Of a stretch of DNA of 62,793 nucleotides, positions 49,973 through 61,255 are shown piece after piece. The notes beneath the pieces are model-generated. The model had not been told where the DNA came from, did no database searches, and saw only the letters and a list, made by a program, of their open reading frames with translations. The position numbers were made by a program, and so were the translations under genes. The DNA is taken from assembly GCA_902608415.1 (NCBI GenBank), contig CACLNZ010000006.1, positions 1 through 62,793 of the forward strand, in the 5' to 3' direction. The DNA is from an uncultured PS1 clade bacterium. GTDB taxonomy: Bacteria; Pseudomonadota; Alphaproteobacteria; MED-G09. The first letter of the stretch is position 1; each line of letters starts with the position of its first letter.

Positions 49973-51319
49973 ATGAGATATTTACCATTAACTAAAAACG
50001 ATAGAGAAGAAATGTTAAGCACTATTGGGGCAAATAACATTAATGAACTTTTTTCCAATATTGCTGAAAAAGTAAGTATTAATCCAAAATTTAATTTACC
50101 TAATCATAAAACCGAAATGGAAGTAGAAAAACATTTATCTCTTTTGTCTGATAAAAATCTTCACGCAGATAATAGTAGTTTTTTTATAGGCGGTGGATCA
50201 TACAAACATCATATTCCTGCAAGTGTAGATCATATTATTCAGAGATCTGAATTTTTGACTTCATATACCCCATATCAACCAGAAATATCGCAGGGTACAT
50301 TGCAATATTTGTATGAATTTCAAACTCAGGTATCTCTCTTAACTGGCATGGATATTTCTAATGCATCTATGTATGACGGGTCAACCGCTGCTGCTGAAGC
50401 AGTATCAATGGCGAAAAGAATAACTAAAAGAAATGGGGTTATTTTATCAAATACGATCCACCCCCATTATGCAGATGTTATCAAAACTGTATCTGGAATT
50501 AAAGATACCGATTTTATTTACAATAGAAAATTTTCTATCGAGATTGATCATTTATTCAATGAGGTTGATGATAATACTGCTTGTGTAGTCGTTCAAAATC
50601 CTGACTTTTTTGGTTCTTGTTACGATTTATCATCATTATCAAAATTTGTTCAAAGTAAGGGAGCATTACTTATTGTTGTTGTAACTGAAGTTTTATCATT
50701 AGGAATGATGAAATCTCCAGGTACAATGGGTGCTGATATTGTCGCATGCGAAGGTCAATCCCTTGGGAATCCTATGAATTTTGGAGGACCATATGTAGGC
50801 TTGTTATCAACAAAGAATAAATATTTAAGACAAATCCCTGGAAGGATTGTTGGAGAGTCTGAGGATGTTGATGGAAAAAAAGGTTTCGTATTAACATTGT
50901 CAGCAAGAGAGCAACATATTCGAAGAGAAAAGGCTACATCAAATATTTGTACAAATTCAGGACTATGCAGTCTGGCATTTACAATTCACTTAACACTTCT
51001 TGGTGAAAAAGGCTTTAAGAGGCTTTCAAGGCTTAATCATGAATCAGCATTAAATTTGAAAGAAAAAATATTAAAAATCCCAGAAGTTAAATTGTTAAAC
51101 AAAAGTTTTTTTAATGAATTTACTATCGAACTACCAATTAAAGGCAAAGTATTTGTTGATAGAATGGCAGAAAAAGGTGTTCTAGCAGGTATACCGGTAT
51201 CAAGATTGATTAATAATAATAAAGAATTAGATAATTTTATCGTGGTTGCTAGCACGGAAACTAATACAGAAGATGATATGAATTCATATATTGAATCAGC
51301 AAATGAGGTTTTAAGATGA
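49973..51319 (+). CDS. gcvPA: Glycine dehydrogenase subunit A
   Basis: MRYLP, TSYTPYQPEISQG, NASMYDG, REQHIRREKATSNICTN. Confidence 0.95.
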   Translation: MRYLPLTKNDREEMLSTIGANNINELFSNIAEKVSINPKFNLPNHKTEMEVEKHLSLLSDKNLHADNSSFFIGGGSYKHHIPASVDHIIQRSEFLTSYTPYQPEISQGTLQYLYEFQTQVSLLTGMDISNASMYDGSTAAAEAVSMAKRITKRNGVILSNTIHPHYADVIKTVSGIKDTDFIYNRKFSIEIDHLFNEVDDNTACVVVQNPDFFGSCYDLSSLSKFVQSKGALLIVVVTEVLSLGMMKSPGTMGADIVACEGQSLGNPMNFGGPYVGLLSTKNKYLRQIPGRIVGESEDVDGKKGFVLTLSAREQHIRREKATSNICTNSGLCSLAFTIHLTLLGEKGFKRLSRLNHESALNLKEKILKIPEVKLLNKSFFNEFTIELPIKGKVFVDRMAEKGVLAGIPVSRLINNNKELDNFIVVASTETNTEDDMNSYIESANEVLR

Positions 51320-52812
51320 AAAATTCGAATAAAGGTCTAAATCACGATGAACCAATATTGTTTGAAATTGGTGGTATGGATAAAACTGGAGTTGATCTTA
51401 ATGAACCAACATTTGAAGAAAATCTTATTGGTGATTGTTTTGAGGATCGAGAAATTGGTTTACCTGGATTAAGCGAGCCTGAGTCAATTAGACATTATGT
51501 TAGATTATCAAGAAAGAACTATTCAATTGATGCAGGTCTTTATCCTTTAGGTTCATGCACAATGAAGCATAATCCAAGACTAAATGAGAAATTGGCAAGA
51601 TTAAAAGGATTTTCTGAAGTTCATCCACTTCAACCCTTATCAACATGTCAAGGTGCTCTTGAACTTATAGATGAAATTTCGATTTGGCTAAAAGAATTAA
51701 CAGGAATGAAAGCTGTTACTATGACTCCAAAAGCTGGCGCTCAAGGTGAGCTTTGTGGAATGCTTGCAATTAAAAAAGCAATAGAAGCAAGAAATGAGTG
51801 TCATCGAACTAAGGTTTTGGTTCCTGATTCTGCTCATGGTACTAACCCTGCAACTGCTGCTTTTTTAGGTTTTGATGTTGTAACAATAAAATCTGATAAA
51901 AATGGTAGATTGAATTTTGATGATTTTAAAGAGAATGTAGATAAAAACTTTGCTGCAGCAATGATTACAAATCCAAATACATGCGGTCTTTTTGAGGACG
52001 AAATTATTGAAATAGCAAATTACATTCATGATGCAGGTGGTTATTTATATTGTGACGGAGCCAACTTTAATGCCCTAGTTGGCAAAGTTAGGCCTGGTGA
52101 TTTAGGTATTGATGCTATGCATATAAATTTACATAAAACATTTTCTACACCTCATGGCGGAGGTGGACCAGGATCTGGTCCAGTTGTTTTTTCTGATATT
52201 TTAAAGGAGTTTTGTCCAGCTCCACTTTTAAAAAAGGATGAAGATAATTATTATTTAGTTGAAAATCATAATGATAAAGATATTGATAAATCTTTTGGTC
52301 GGCTTTGTGTTTTTCATGGCCAAATGGGAATGTTCGTTAGAGCCTTATCTTACATGATGAGTCATGGTTCTGACGGTTTAAGGCAAGTTTCAGAAGACGC
52401 AGTTCTGAATGCAAATTATATTAAATCTTCATTAGAGGATATTTTAACGCCTGCTTATGAAGGATATTGTATGCATGAAGTATTATTCAATGACGATTTT
52501 TTAAGTGGAACGGGTGTTGAGACAATTGATTTCGCAAAGGCTTTAATAGATAAAGGTTATCATCCAATGACAATATATTTCCCGCTTGTTGTTCATGGAG
52601 CATTGCTAGTCGAACCAACAGAAACTGAGTCAAAGAATTCTATTGACCAATTTATTGAAACTATTAGGGAATTAGCCTCAAAAACTCAAGATGGAGAAGA
52701 ATTCTTTAAGAAGGCGCCAATTTATACTCCCATTAGAAGATTAGATGAAACGAAAGCCGCAAGAAATCCAGTTTTAAGATGGCAAAAGAATGATGTAATT
52801 GCAGCAGAGTAG
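51316..52812 (+). CDS. gcvPB: Glycine dehydrogenase subunit B
   Basis: PLGSCTMKHNP, SAHGTNPA, HINLHKTFSTPHGGGGPG, EPTETES. Confidence 0.95.
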   Translation: MKNSNKGLNHDEPILFEIGGMDKTGVDLNEPTFEENLIGDCFEDREIGLPGLSEPESIRHYVRLSRKNYSIDAGLYPLGSCTMKHNPRLNEKLARLKGFSEVHPLQPLSTCQGALELIDEISIWLKELTGMKAVTMTPKAGAQGELCGMLAIKKAIEARNECHRTKVLVPDSAHGTNPATAAFLGFDVVTIKSDKNGRLNFDDFKENVDKNFAAAMITNPNTCGLFEDEIIEIANYIHDAGGYLYCDGANFNALVGKVRPGDLGIDAMHINLHKTFSTPHGGGGPGSGPVVFSDILKEFCPAPLLKKDEDNYYLVENHNDKDIDKSFGRLCVFHGQMGMFVRALSYMMSHGSDGLRQVSEDAVLNANYIKSSLEDILTPAYEGYCMHEVLFNDDFLSGTGVETIDFAKALIDKGYHPMTIYFPLVVHGALLVEPTETESKNSIDQFIETIRELASKTQDGEEFFKKAPIYTPIRRLDETKAARNPVLRWQKNDVIAAE

Positions 52813-53426
52813 TGCCCGATTTTTCTGTTGAGGATAAAAAAAGACAATTAGATTTTATTAATATTGCTGGTGTAGATGAGGCGGGAAGAGGTCCTTGGGC
52901 TGGACCAGTTTATTCAGCAATCGTTATTTTAAATAGGAACTGTATACCTGAGGGTATAAATGACTCTAAAAAAATTTCTGAAAAAAAACGTATAGAGCTA
53001 TATGAAGAAATCCTTATAAATCATAAATATGGTATAGGTTTCGCTTCACCAGATGAAATAGACCAATTAAATATCCTCGAGGCTACATTTCTTTCTATGC
53101 GAAGAGCATTAGAAAACCTTATTATAAAGCCTGATTATATTCTTGTAGATGGGAATTTGAGTCCAAGTTTTAATATTCCTCATGAAAGTATAATAAAAGG
53201 TGACAGTATCTCAATGTCAATTGCTGCAGCATCAATAATTGCTAAAGTTGAAAGAGACAAATTTATGTTAAATATCGATAACGAATACCCAGAATATAAA
53301 TGGAAAAAAAATAAGGGATATGGAACAAAAGATCACCAAAATGCATTAAATGCTCATGGTGTAACAAAATACCATAGAAAATCATTTTCTCCCATTCGCA
53401 AGATATTGAGTCTTTCAGCGGACTAA
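52812..53426 (+). CDS. rnhB: Ribonuclease HII
   Basis: GVDEAGRGPWAGPV, DSKK, VDGN, SIAAASIIAKV.RD, HRKSF.P. Confidence 0.97.
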   Translation: MPDFSVEDKKRQLDFINIAGVDEAGRGPWAGPVYSAIVILNRNCIPEGINDSKKISEKKRIELYEEILINHKYGIGFASPDEIDQLNILEATFLSMRRALENLIIKPDYILVDGNLSPSFNIPHESIIKGDSISMSIAAASIIAKVERDKFMLNIDNEYPEYKWKKNKGYGTKDHQNALNAHGVTKYHRKSFSPIRKILSLSAD

Positions 53427-53452
53427 TGACTCAACATATAGATAATTGAATC
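53408..53452. promoter_or_regulatory. Three GANTC (CcrM) sites at 20-bp spacing upstream of ccrM
   Basis: GAGTC at 53408, GACTC at 53428, GAATC at 53448. Confidence 0.6.
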
Positions 53453-53493
53453 AAATAATAATTCTTGGAATATATTTTGTTGACCAAATATAA

Positions 53494-55507
<2,014 letters not shown>

Positions 55508-55570
55508 AATTTGTTATTTAATTTTCTTAGAGTTACCTAACATTTATCTTTTACTTTATAATATTGAAAT

Positions 55571-56311
55571 ATGAAAATTATACGAGTTTATATAAATAAA
55601 AAAATAACAAATGGGTTTATAGAGTTAGATCAATCTCAAACTCATTATATTAAAAATGTTATGCGATTAAATATTGGAGATAATTTTAATATTTTTAATG
55701 AAAATGATGGTGAGTGGGTTGTTGAGCTTCTTGAATTAAATAAGAAAATATCAAAAGTTAAAATATTAAAAGAAATTGGCATTAAAGATAAGCCTAGTGA
55801 TATTTGGATACTTTTTGCGCCAGTTAAAAAATTGAGAGTCGATTTCATTGCTCAAAAAATAACTGAATTAGGTGCTAGAGTTATTTGGCCAGTTCTTACG
55901 GAGAGAACTCAATATAAATCCATCAAGCAATCTAAAATTTTGTCCAATGCTATTGAGGCTGCTGAACAGTGTGGTTTAACATTTATTCCAAAGGTTAATA
56001 AGATAGAAAACCTTGAGTATATCATTGATAATTGGAATCATATAGATTCTGAACGAACCTTAATATTTTGTGATGAAAAGTGTGAAAATAATCCAAAAAA
56101 ACAACTTGAGTCCATTAAAAAGATAAACAAATCAAACAAATGGGCTATTCTTATTGGTCCAGAGGGTGGTTTTAGCGATAAAGAAAGAGAAAAGATTAAT
56201 AATATTAAAAATTTAAGCATTATTTCACTTGGACCAAGAATTTTAAGATCTGATACTGCGATAGTTAGTTCATTATCTCTTTTTCATTCAACTCTAGGTG
56301 ATTGGGTATAG
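55571..56311 (+). CDS. rsmE: 16S rRNA m3U1498 methyltransferase
   Basis: HY...VMRL, QKITELG, EAAEQCG, IGPEGGFS, LGPRILRSDTA. Confidence 0.93.
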   Translation: MKIIRVYINKKITNGFIELDQSQTHYIKNVMRLNIGDNFNIFNENDGEWVVELLELNKKISKVKILKEIGIKDKPSDIWILFAPVKKLRVDFIAQKITELGARVIWPVLTERTQYKSIKQSKILSNAIEAAEQCGLTFIPKVNKIENLEYIIDNWNHIDSERTLIFCDEKCENNPKKQLESIKKINKSNKWAILIGPEGGFSDKEREKINNIKNLSIISLGPRILRSDTAIVSSLSLFHSTLGDWV

Positions 56312-56342
56312 CTTTATAGGCGAAAATTAACTAAAAAATAGA

Positions 56343-57695
56343 ATGGAAAGAATCGAATCAAAAGACCAATTAATTAGCTATATAGCTGAGGGAGAAAAAA
56401 ACCCATCAGATTTTAAGATTGGCACAGAACATGAGAAATTCCCATTCAAAATTGATACAAACAAACCAATTTCATATGACGGTACGAATGGTATTCGAAG
56501 TCTTCTTGCGAATTTTGAAGAATATGGATGGAAACCAGTTTATGAAAATGAAAATGTCATTGCGCTCACTCGGGATAATAAATTAGGCGGAGGTTCAATA
56601 ACTCTTGAGCCAGCGGGTCAGTTCGAACTCTCCGGAGCAATGTTAGATACTATTCATGAAACATTCTTTGAGTTAGTTGAGCATAAAAATCAATTATCAA
56701 ATATCGGAGAAAAAATGGGATTAGATTTTTTAGCTATAGGCTTTACCCCTGACTGGTCTAGAGATGAAATGCCTATAATGCCAAAAAAGCGTTACGATAT
56801 AATGAGGAGTTATATGCCTACTAAAGGTGATCACGGACTTGATATGATGTTAAGGTCATGTACTTCACAGGTTAATTTAGATTATTCATCAGAATTGGAT
56901 ATGGTTAAGAAATTAAGGCTTTCATTTCTTCTTCAGCCTCTTGCAACAGCTTTATTCTCTAACTCACCATTTAGTGAAAATTCTCTTAATGGCTTTAGTT
57001 CATATAGAAGCGAAGTTTGGAAAGACACTGATCCAGATAGAACAGGTATTTTAACTTTTATTTTTGATGATGGTATGTGTTATGAGCAATATGTAGACTA
57101 TGCTTTGAAAGTTCCGATGTACTTTATTTACAGAAACGGAGAGTACATTAATTTAACTGGCTATACCTTTGATGATTTTATTAATGGAAAAATTGAGGAA
57201 GTAAAAGATTTTTATCCAACTATTGATGATTGGGAGCTTCATTTAACAACAATTTTTCCTGAGGCTAGGTTAAAAAAGTTTATTGAAATGAGAGGTGCTG
57301 ATGCAGGTAATATAAATCATGTATGTGCATTATCGGCTTTTTGGGTAGGATTAATGTATGATACTAATTCTTTAAATGCAGCTTTAGAATTGACAAAAAA
57401 TATATCTTCTGAAGAATTAGTAGCATTAAGGAATATTGTTCCCAGAAAAGGATTGCATTCTAGATTAGGCAAACTAGATATTTATCAATTAGCATCTGAA
57501 GTTATATCTTTGTCAAAAGATGGCCTTATAAGAAGAAATAATTTAAATAAAAATAATCTGGATGAAAGTTATTATCTAAAATATTTAGAAGATATTGTTA
57601 TCGCTAAAGAAAATCCTGCTGATAGCCTTATGAAAAAATTCAAAAATAACTGGAATGAGGACATTTCAAAAATATATGAGAATTGTCGTTTCTAA
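56343..57695 (+). CDS. gshA: Glutamate--cysteine ligase (alphaproteobacterial/plant type)
   Basis: IGTEHEKF, TLEPAGQFELSG, MPKKRY, QVNLD, FPEARLKKFIEMRGAD. Confidence 0.93.
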   Translation: MERIESKDQLISYIAEGEKNPSDFKIGTEHEKFPFKIDTNKPISYDGTNGIRSLLANFEEYGWKPVYENENVIALTRDNKLGGGSITLEPAGQFELSGAMLDTIHETFFELVEHKNQLSNIGEKMGLDFLAIGFTPDWSRDEMPIMPKKRYDIMRSYMPTKGDHGLDMMLRSCTSQVNLDYSSELDMVKKLRLSFLLQPLATALFSNSPFSENSLNGFSSYRSEVWKDTDPDRTGILTFIFDDGMCYEQYVDYALKVPMYFIYRNGEYINLTGYTFDDFINGKIEEVKDFYPTIDDWELHLTTIFPEARLKKFIEMRGADAGNINHVCALSAFWVGLMYDTNSLNAALELTKNISSEELVALRNIVPRKGLHSRLGKLDIYQLASEVISLSKDGLIRRNNLNKNNLDESYYLKYLEDIVIAKENPADSLMKKFKNNWNEDISKIYENCRF

Positions 57696-57751
57696 GTTTT
57701 GCTATTTTGGTTATTTTTGTTTAGATTATTATTTTTTTAAGGACGAAAATT

Positions 57752-58870
57752 ATGAATTTCGATTTTTCAGAAGATCAGAAAATGCTTAAAGAACAGGTTT
57801 CTAAGTTTTTATCTGATAATTGCTCTTTAGATGTTGCTAGAGATATTCTTGAAAGCGATAAAACATACTCAGAGGAAGTATGGCGTGGTTTAATAGATTT
57901 AGGTTTAACTGGAACAGCAATTCCTGAAGAATATGGTGGACTAGGTTTAGGTGCTCTTGAATTGTGTGTAGTTGCTGAAGAATTAGGAAGAGCGGCAGCA
58001 CCAGTTCCATTTTCTTCATCAGTTTATCTAGGAACTGAAGCTATAGTTAAGTATGGAACAGATAGTCAAAAAGAGAAATGGTTACCAAAATTGGCTGTAG
58101 GTGAATTAATTTCTACTTTTGCACTCCCTGAAACTAATTCAGAACCAACTGAAAAGAATATTAAAACAACTTTTTCTAACGGAAAGATCAATGGAAGGAA
58201 AATTCCCGTTGCAGATGGAAGTTGTTCAGATATTGCAATTGTAGTTGTTAAAAATACAGATAATGACCATATTGCTCTAACGATAGTTGACTTAACTTCT
58301 GAAAATGTAAAAAGAAATCAAATTAGCACATTGGACCCTTCAAGAGATCATGCTGAAATTATTTTTGAAAATTCTGATGCAGAGCTCATGGATACCGGTG
58401 ATGAAGGTTGGGGAGCTATTGAAAATATTTTAAATTCTGCTGCTGTCTTAATGGCTTTTGAGCAAATAGGTGGCGCTGAAGCCTCTCTAAATATGGCAAA
58501 AGATTATGCCCTTGATAGATATGCCTTTGGACGACAGATTGGATCTTACCAGGCAATTAAACATAAATTGGCTGATATGTATGTAAAAATAGAGTTAGCT
58601 AGATCAAATAGTTATTATGGGGCAATGATGCTTAATGACGGTGGCGCTGATTTAAAAATTGCTGCCGCTGCATCCAGAGTTGCTGCAACAGATGCATATA
58701 ATTTTGCTGCTCAGGAGAGTATTCAAACACATGGTGGAATTGGTTTTACTTGGGAAGCAGACACACAATTTTTTTATAGAAGAAGTCAAGTTCTTGGTTT
58801 AGCTCTGGGTAGTTCAATTACTTGGAAAAATAAACTTGTTAATCAGCTAGAAGAAAAAAATATTAGTTAA
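57752..58870 (+). CDS. Acyl-CoA dehydrogenase family, short partner subunit
   Basis: MNFDFSEDQ, IPEEYGGLG, R.AFGRQIGSYQAIKH, THGGIGFTWE. Confidence 0.88.
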   Translation: MNFDFSEDQKMLKEQVSKFLSDNCSLDVARDILESDKTYSEEVWRGLIDLGLTGTAIPEEYGGLGLGALELCVVAEELGRAAAPVPFSSSVYLGTEAIVKYGTDSQKEKWLPKLAVGELISTFALPETNSEPTEKNIKTTFSNGKINGRKIPVADGSCSDIAIVVVKNTDNDHIALTIVDLTSENVKRNQISTLDPSRDHAEIIFENSDAELMDTGDEGWGAIENILNSAAVLMAFEQIGGAEASLNMAKDYALDRYAFGRQIGSYQAIKHKLADMYVKIELARSNSYYGAMMLNDGGADLKIAAAASRVAATDAYNFAAQESIQTHGGIGFTWEADTQFFYRRSQVLGLALGSSITWKNKLVNQLEEKNIS

Positions 58871-58881
58871 GGAGAATATTT

Positions 58882-60111
58882 ATGGATTTTAATGACACTA
58901 AGGAAGAAGCAGATTTTAGAGAAGAAGTAAAAAATTGGCTAAAAGAAAATGCTTCAAAAGGTGAAAAAGTTGGTGGTCGCTATGATGCGATAGATGTTCA
59001 AGAAGATGCCTTATCTCGAGCCAGAGACTGGCAGGCTAAAAAGGCTGAAGCTGGATATGCAGCGATTACATGGCCAGAAGAGTTTGGCGGTCTTGGAGGT
59101 ACAGCAATTCAATCAGTTATTTATTCTCAAGAAGAGGCTAAATATAATGTTCCAACAGGTTTTTTTGAAATTGGTCTTGGAATGTGTATTCCTACAATGA
59201 TGGCATGGGCAACAAAAGAGCAAAATGAAAGATTTGTTAAACCTGCTCTTTATGGCGAAGAAGTATGGTGCCAGTTGTTTTCAGAACCTTCTGCAGGTTC
59301 AGATGTTGCCGGTGTTAGAACTAAAGCTGAAAAAGATGGCGATGATTGGATTATTAATGGTCAAAAAGTATGGACCTCAGGAGCGCATTTTTCTGACTTT
59401 GGAATAATAGTGGTTAGAACTGATCCAAATGTTGCTAAACATAAAGGGTTATCTTTTTTCTTCCTTGATATGAAATCCGAAGGAATAGAAGTTAAACCTA
59501 TCAGACAGCTTTCTGGTGGTGCAAACTTTAACGAGGTCTTTTTTACTGATGTAAGGGTACCGGATTCTCAAAGATTAGGCGATGTAGGGCAAGGGTGGAA
59601 GGTTGCTTTAACAACTTTAATGAATGAAAGACTTGCAATTGGCGTTCCTAAGTCTGCAGACTATAGTTCACTTACTAGAGCAGCAAAAGAGGTTGATTTA
59701 AATGATCAACCAGCAATTAAAAACGATTTAGTTAGGTCAAAAATAGCTGATTGGTATATTCAGGCTGAGGGTCTTAAATATACAAAGATGAGGACTTTAA
59801 CTGCTTTATCAAAGGGTGAAACTCCAGGGCCAGAAAGTTCAATTGGTAAAATAGTTTCTGCACCTAAAATGCAGGACCTTGCTTCATTTGCTATGGATCT
59901 TCAGGGAGCTGCTGGAATAATTAATGATTCAGAAATTGCTTTACTGCATTCAATATTTCAAAGCCAATGGTTAAGTGCTGCTGGATATAGAATTGCCGGA
60001 GGAACAGATGAGATACTCAGAAACATCGTTGCAGAAAGAGTTCTTGGTCTTCCTCAAGATGTAAGAGTTGATAAAGCTGTACCATTTAATGAATTGCCAA
60101 GTGGGCGTTAA
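58882..60111 (+). CDS. Acyl-CoA dehydrogenase family, catalytic subunit
   Basis: WCQLFSEPSAGSDVA, NGQKVWTSGA, FNEVFFTDV, IAGGTDEILRN. Confidence 0.9.
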   Translation: MDFNDTKEEADFREEVKNWLKENASKGEKVGGRYDAIDVQEDALSRARDWQAKKAEAGYAAITWPEEFGGLGGTAIQSVIYSQEEAKYNVPTGFFEIGLGMCIPTMMAWATKEQNERFVKPALYGEEVWCQLFSEPSAGSDVAGVRTKAEKDGDDWIINGQKVWTSGAHFSDFGIIVVRTDPNVAKHKGLSFFFLDMKSEGIEVKPIRQLSGGANFNEVFFTDVRVPDSQRLGDVGQGWKVALTTLMNERLAIGVPKSADYSSLTRAAKEVDLNDQPAIKNDLVRSKIADWYIQAEGLKYTKMRTLTALSKGETPGPESSIGKIVSAPKMQDLASFAMDLQGAAGIINDSEIALLHSIFQSQWLSAAGYRIAGGTDEILRNIVAERVLGLPQDVRVDKAVPFNELPSGR

Positions 60112-61190
60112 TTTATTTCGATAAAGTTAACTTGCTTTCCATTAATATCTTTTAAGGATAAATGAATTTTATTTTCAGTAAATTCAATGAATCCATAATT
60201 TTCCCATAGATACATAGAGTTAATTCTATTAGGCCCTGGTTCAGGTGGTCTATCTTTACCTTTATATTTTGTAACCCATGCAGCGCCTGGAAGATTTAGT
60301 GAACTAGAGGTAATTTCATATAAATTAGTACCTTTTTTGGTTTTATCTTTATAAATTCCGCCAGCATGTCTATCGCCAGATAAAAAAATTATATTTTTAA
60401 TATTTTTTGAATCAATAAGGTTATACAGCCTCTCCTTTTCTTTTGGCAGATTACCCCATTTCTCAAAGCCGTGACCCTCTGCAATAATTTGAATACTAGA
60501 AGCAATTATTCGAATATCCGCATTTTCATCCAATTTATTTGATAACCATTCCCATTGTTCATTGCCAATTAGAGTTTTATTAGGACTATTATCAGGTAAA
60601 TAGCGTTCTTTTCCAGGAGCTCCTCTTTCATCTGTCTGTTTAAGGGGCGATCTAAAGTATCTTGTATCAAGAAAAATTATTTGTAAAAGACCTTTTTTTG
60701 TTACTTTTTTTGTTTCGAAATAAATACCTTCTCTATTTCTTCTTGGATCATTTAAAGAAATATTCCAAAAATCAAGAAATAGATTTTTAGCTTCTTTTTT
60801 ATATTGATAATCAGCACCGCCATCATTTTTACCATAATCGTGATCATCCCAAATTGCATATACTTCATTAGTTTCCTCTAGTTTTGTGAAAGGAATTTTT
60901 GTTTTTTGTTTTTTATAGGCTTTGCTTAATTTGTCTAATTTTCCAGTAACTCTATCATCACCATAAACATTATCTCCCATAAAAATAAAAATATCTGATC
61001 TATCTTTAAGTATACTTTTCCATATAGGCTGTTTTTTTTCTTGAGTAATGCAAGCCCCAAGCGCAATTTTATTCACATATTTTGGAGTGGAATATAATTT
61101 TTCAAATGGCAAGGCATTAAAAAAAAGAGAAGTTAAGATTCCTAAGAGAAGAATTCTTCTATTAATTTTAGAAGTAAGTTTTTTTTTCAT
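60108..61190 (-). CDS. phoD: Alkaline phosphatase D family protein with Tat-like signal
   Basis: NRRILL twin-Arg, GDNVYGD, WDDHDYG, LDTRYFR, LSGDRH, EITSS. Confidence 0.85.
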   Translation of the reverse strand: MKKKLTSKINRRILLLGILTSLFFNALPFEKLYSTPKYVNKIALGACITQEKKQPIWKSILKDRSDIFIFMGDNVYGDDRVTGKLDKLSKAYKKQKTKIPFTKLEETNEVYAIWDDHDYGKNDGGADYQYKKEAKNLFLDFWNISLNDPRRNREGIYFETKKVTKKGLLQIIFLDTRYFRSPLKQTDERGAPGKERYLPDNSPNKTLIGNEQWEWLSNKLDENADIRIIASSIQIIAEGHGFEKWGNLPKEKERLYNLIDSKNIKNIIFLSGDRHAGGIYKDKTKKGTNLYEITSSSLNLPGAAWVTKYKGKDRPPEPGPNRINSMYLWENYGFIEFTENKIHLSLKDINGKQVNFIEIN

Positions 61191-61203
61191 AATATTATTA
61201 TAT

Positions 61204-61231
61204 AAAAAAAGGGCGCTAATTAATAGCGCCC
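61204..61231 (-). terminator. Intrinsic terminator downstream of the TBDR
   Basis: Minus strand GGGCGCTA-TTAAT-TAGCGCCC-TTTTTTT. Confidence 0.85.
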
Positions 61232-61255
61232 CTTGTTTAATATTATTGCTTTCAA

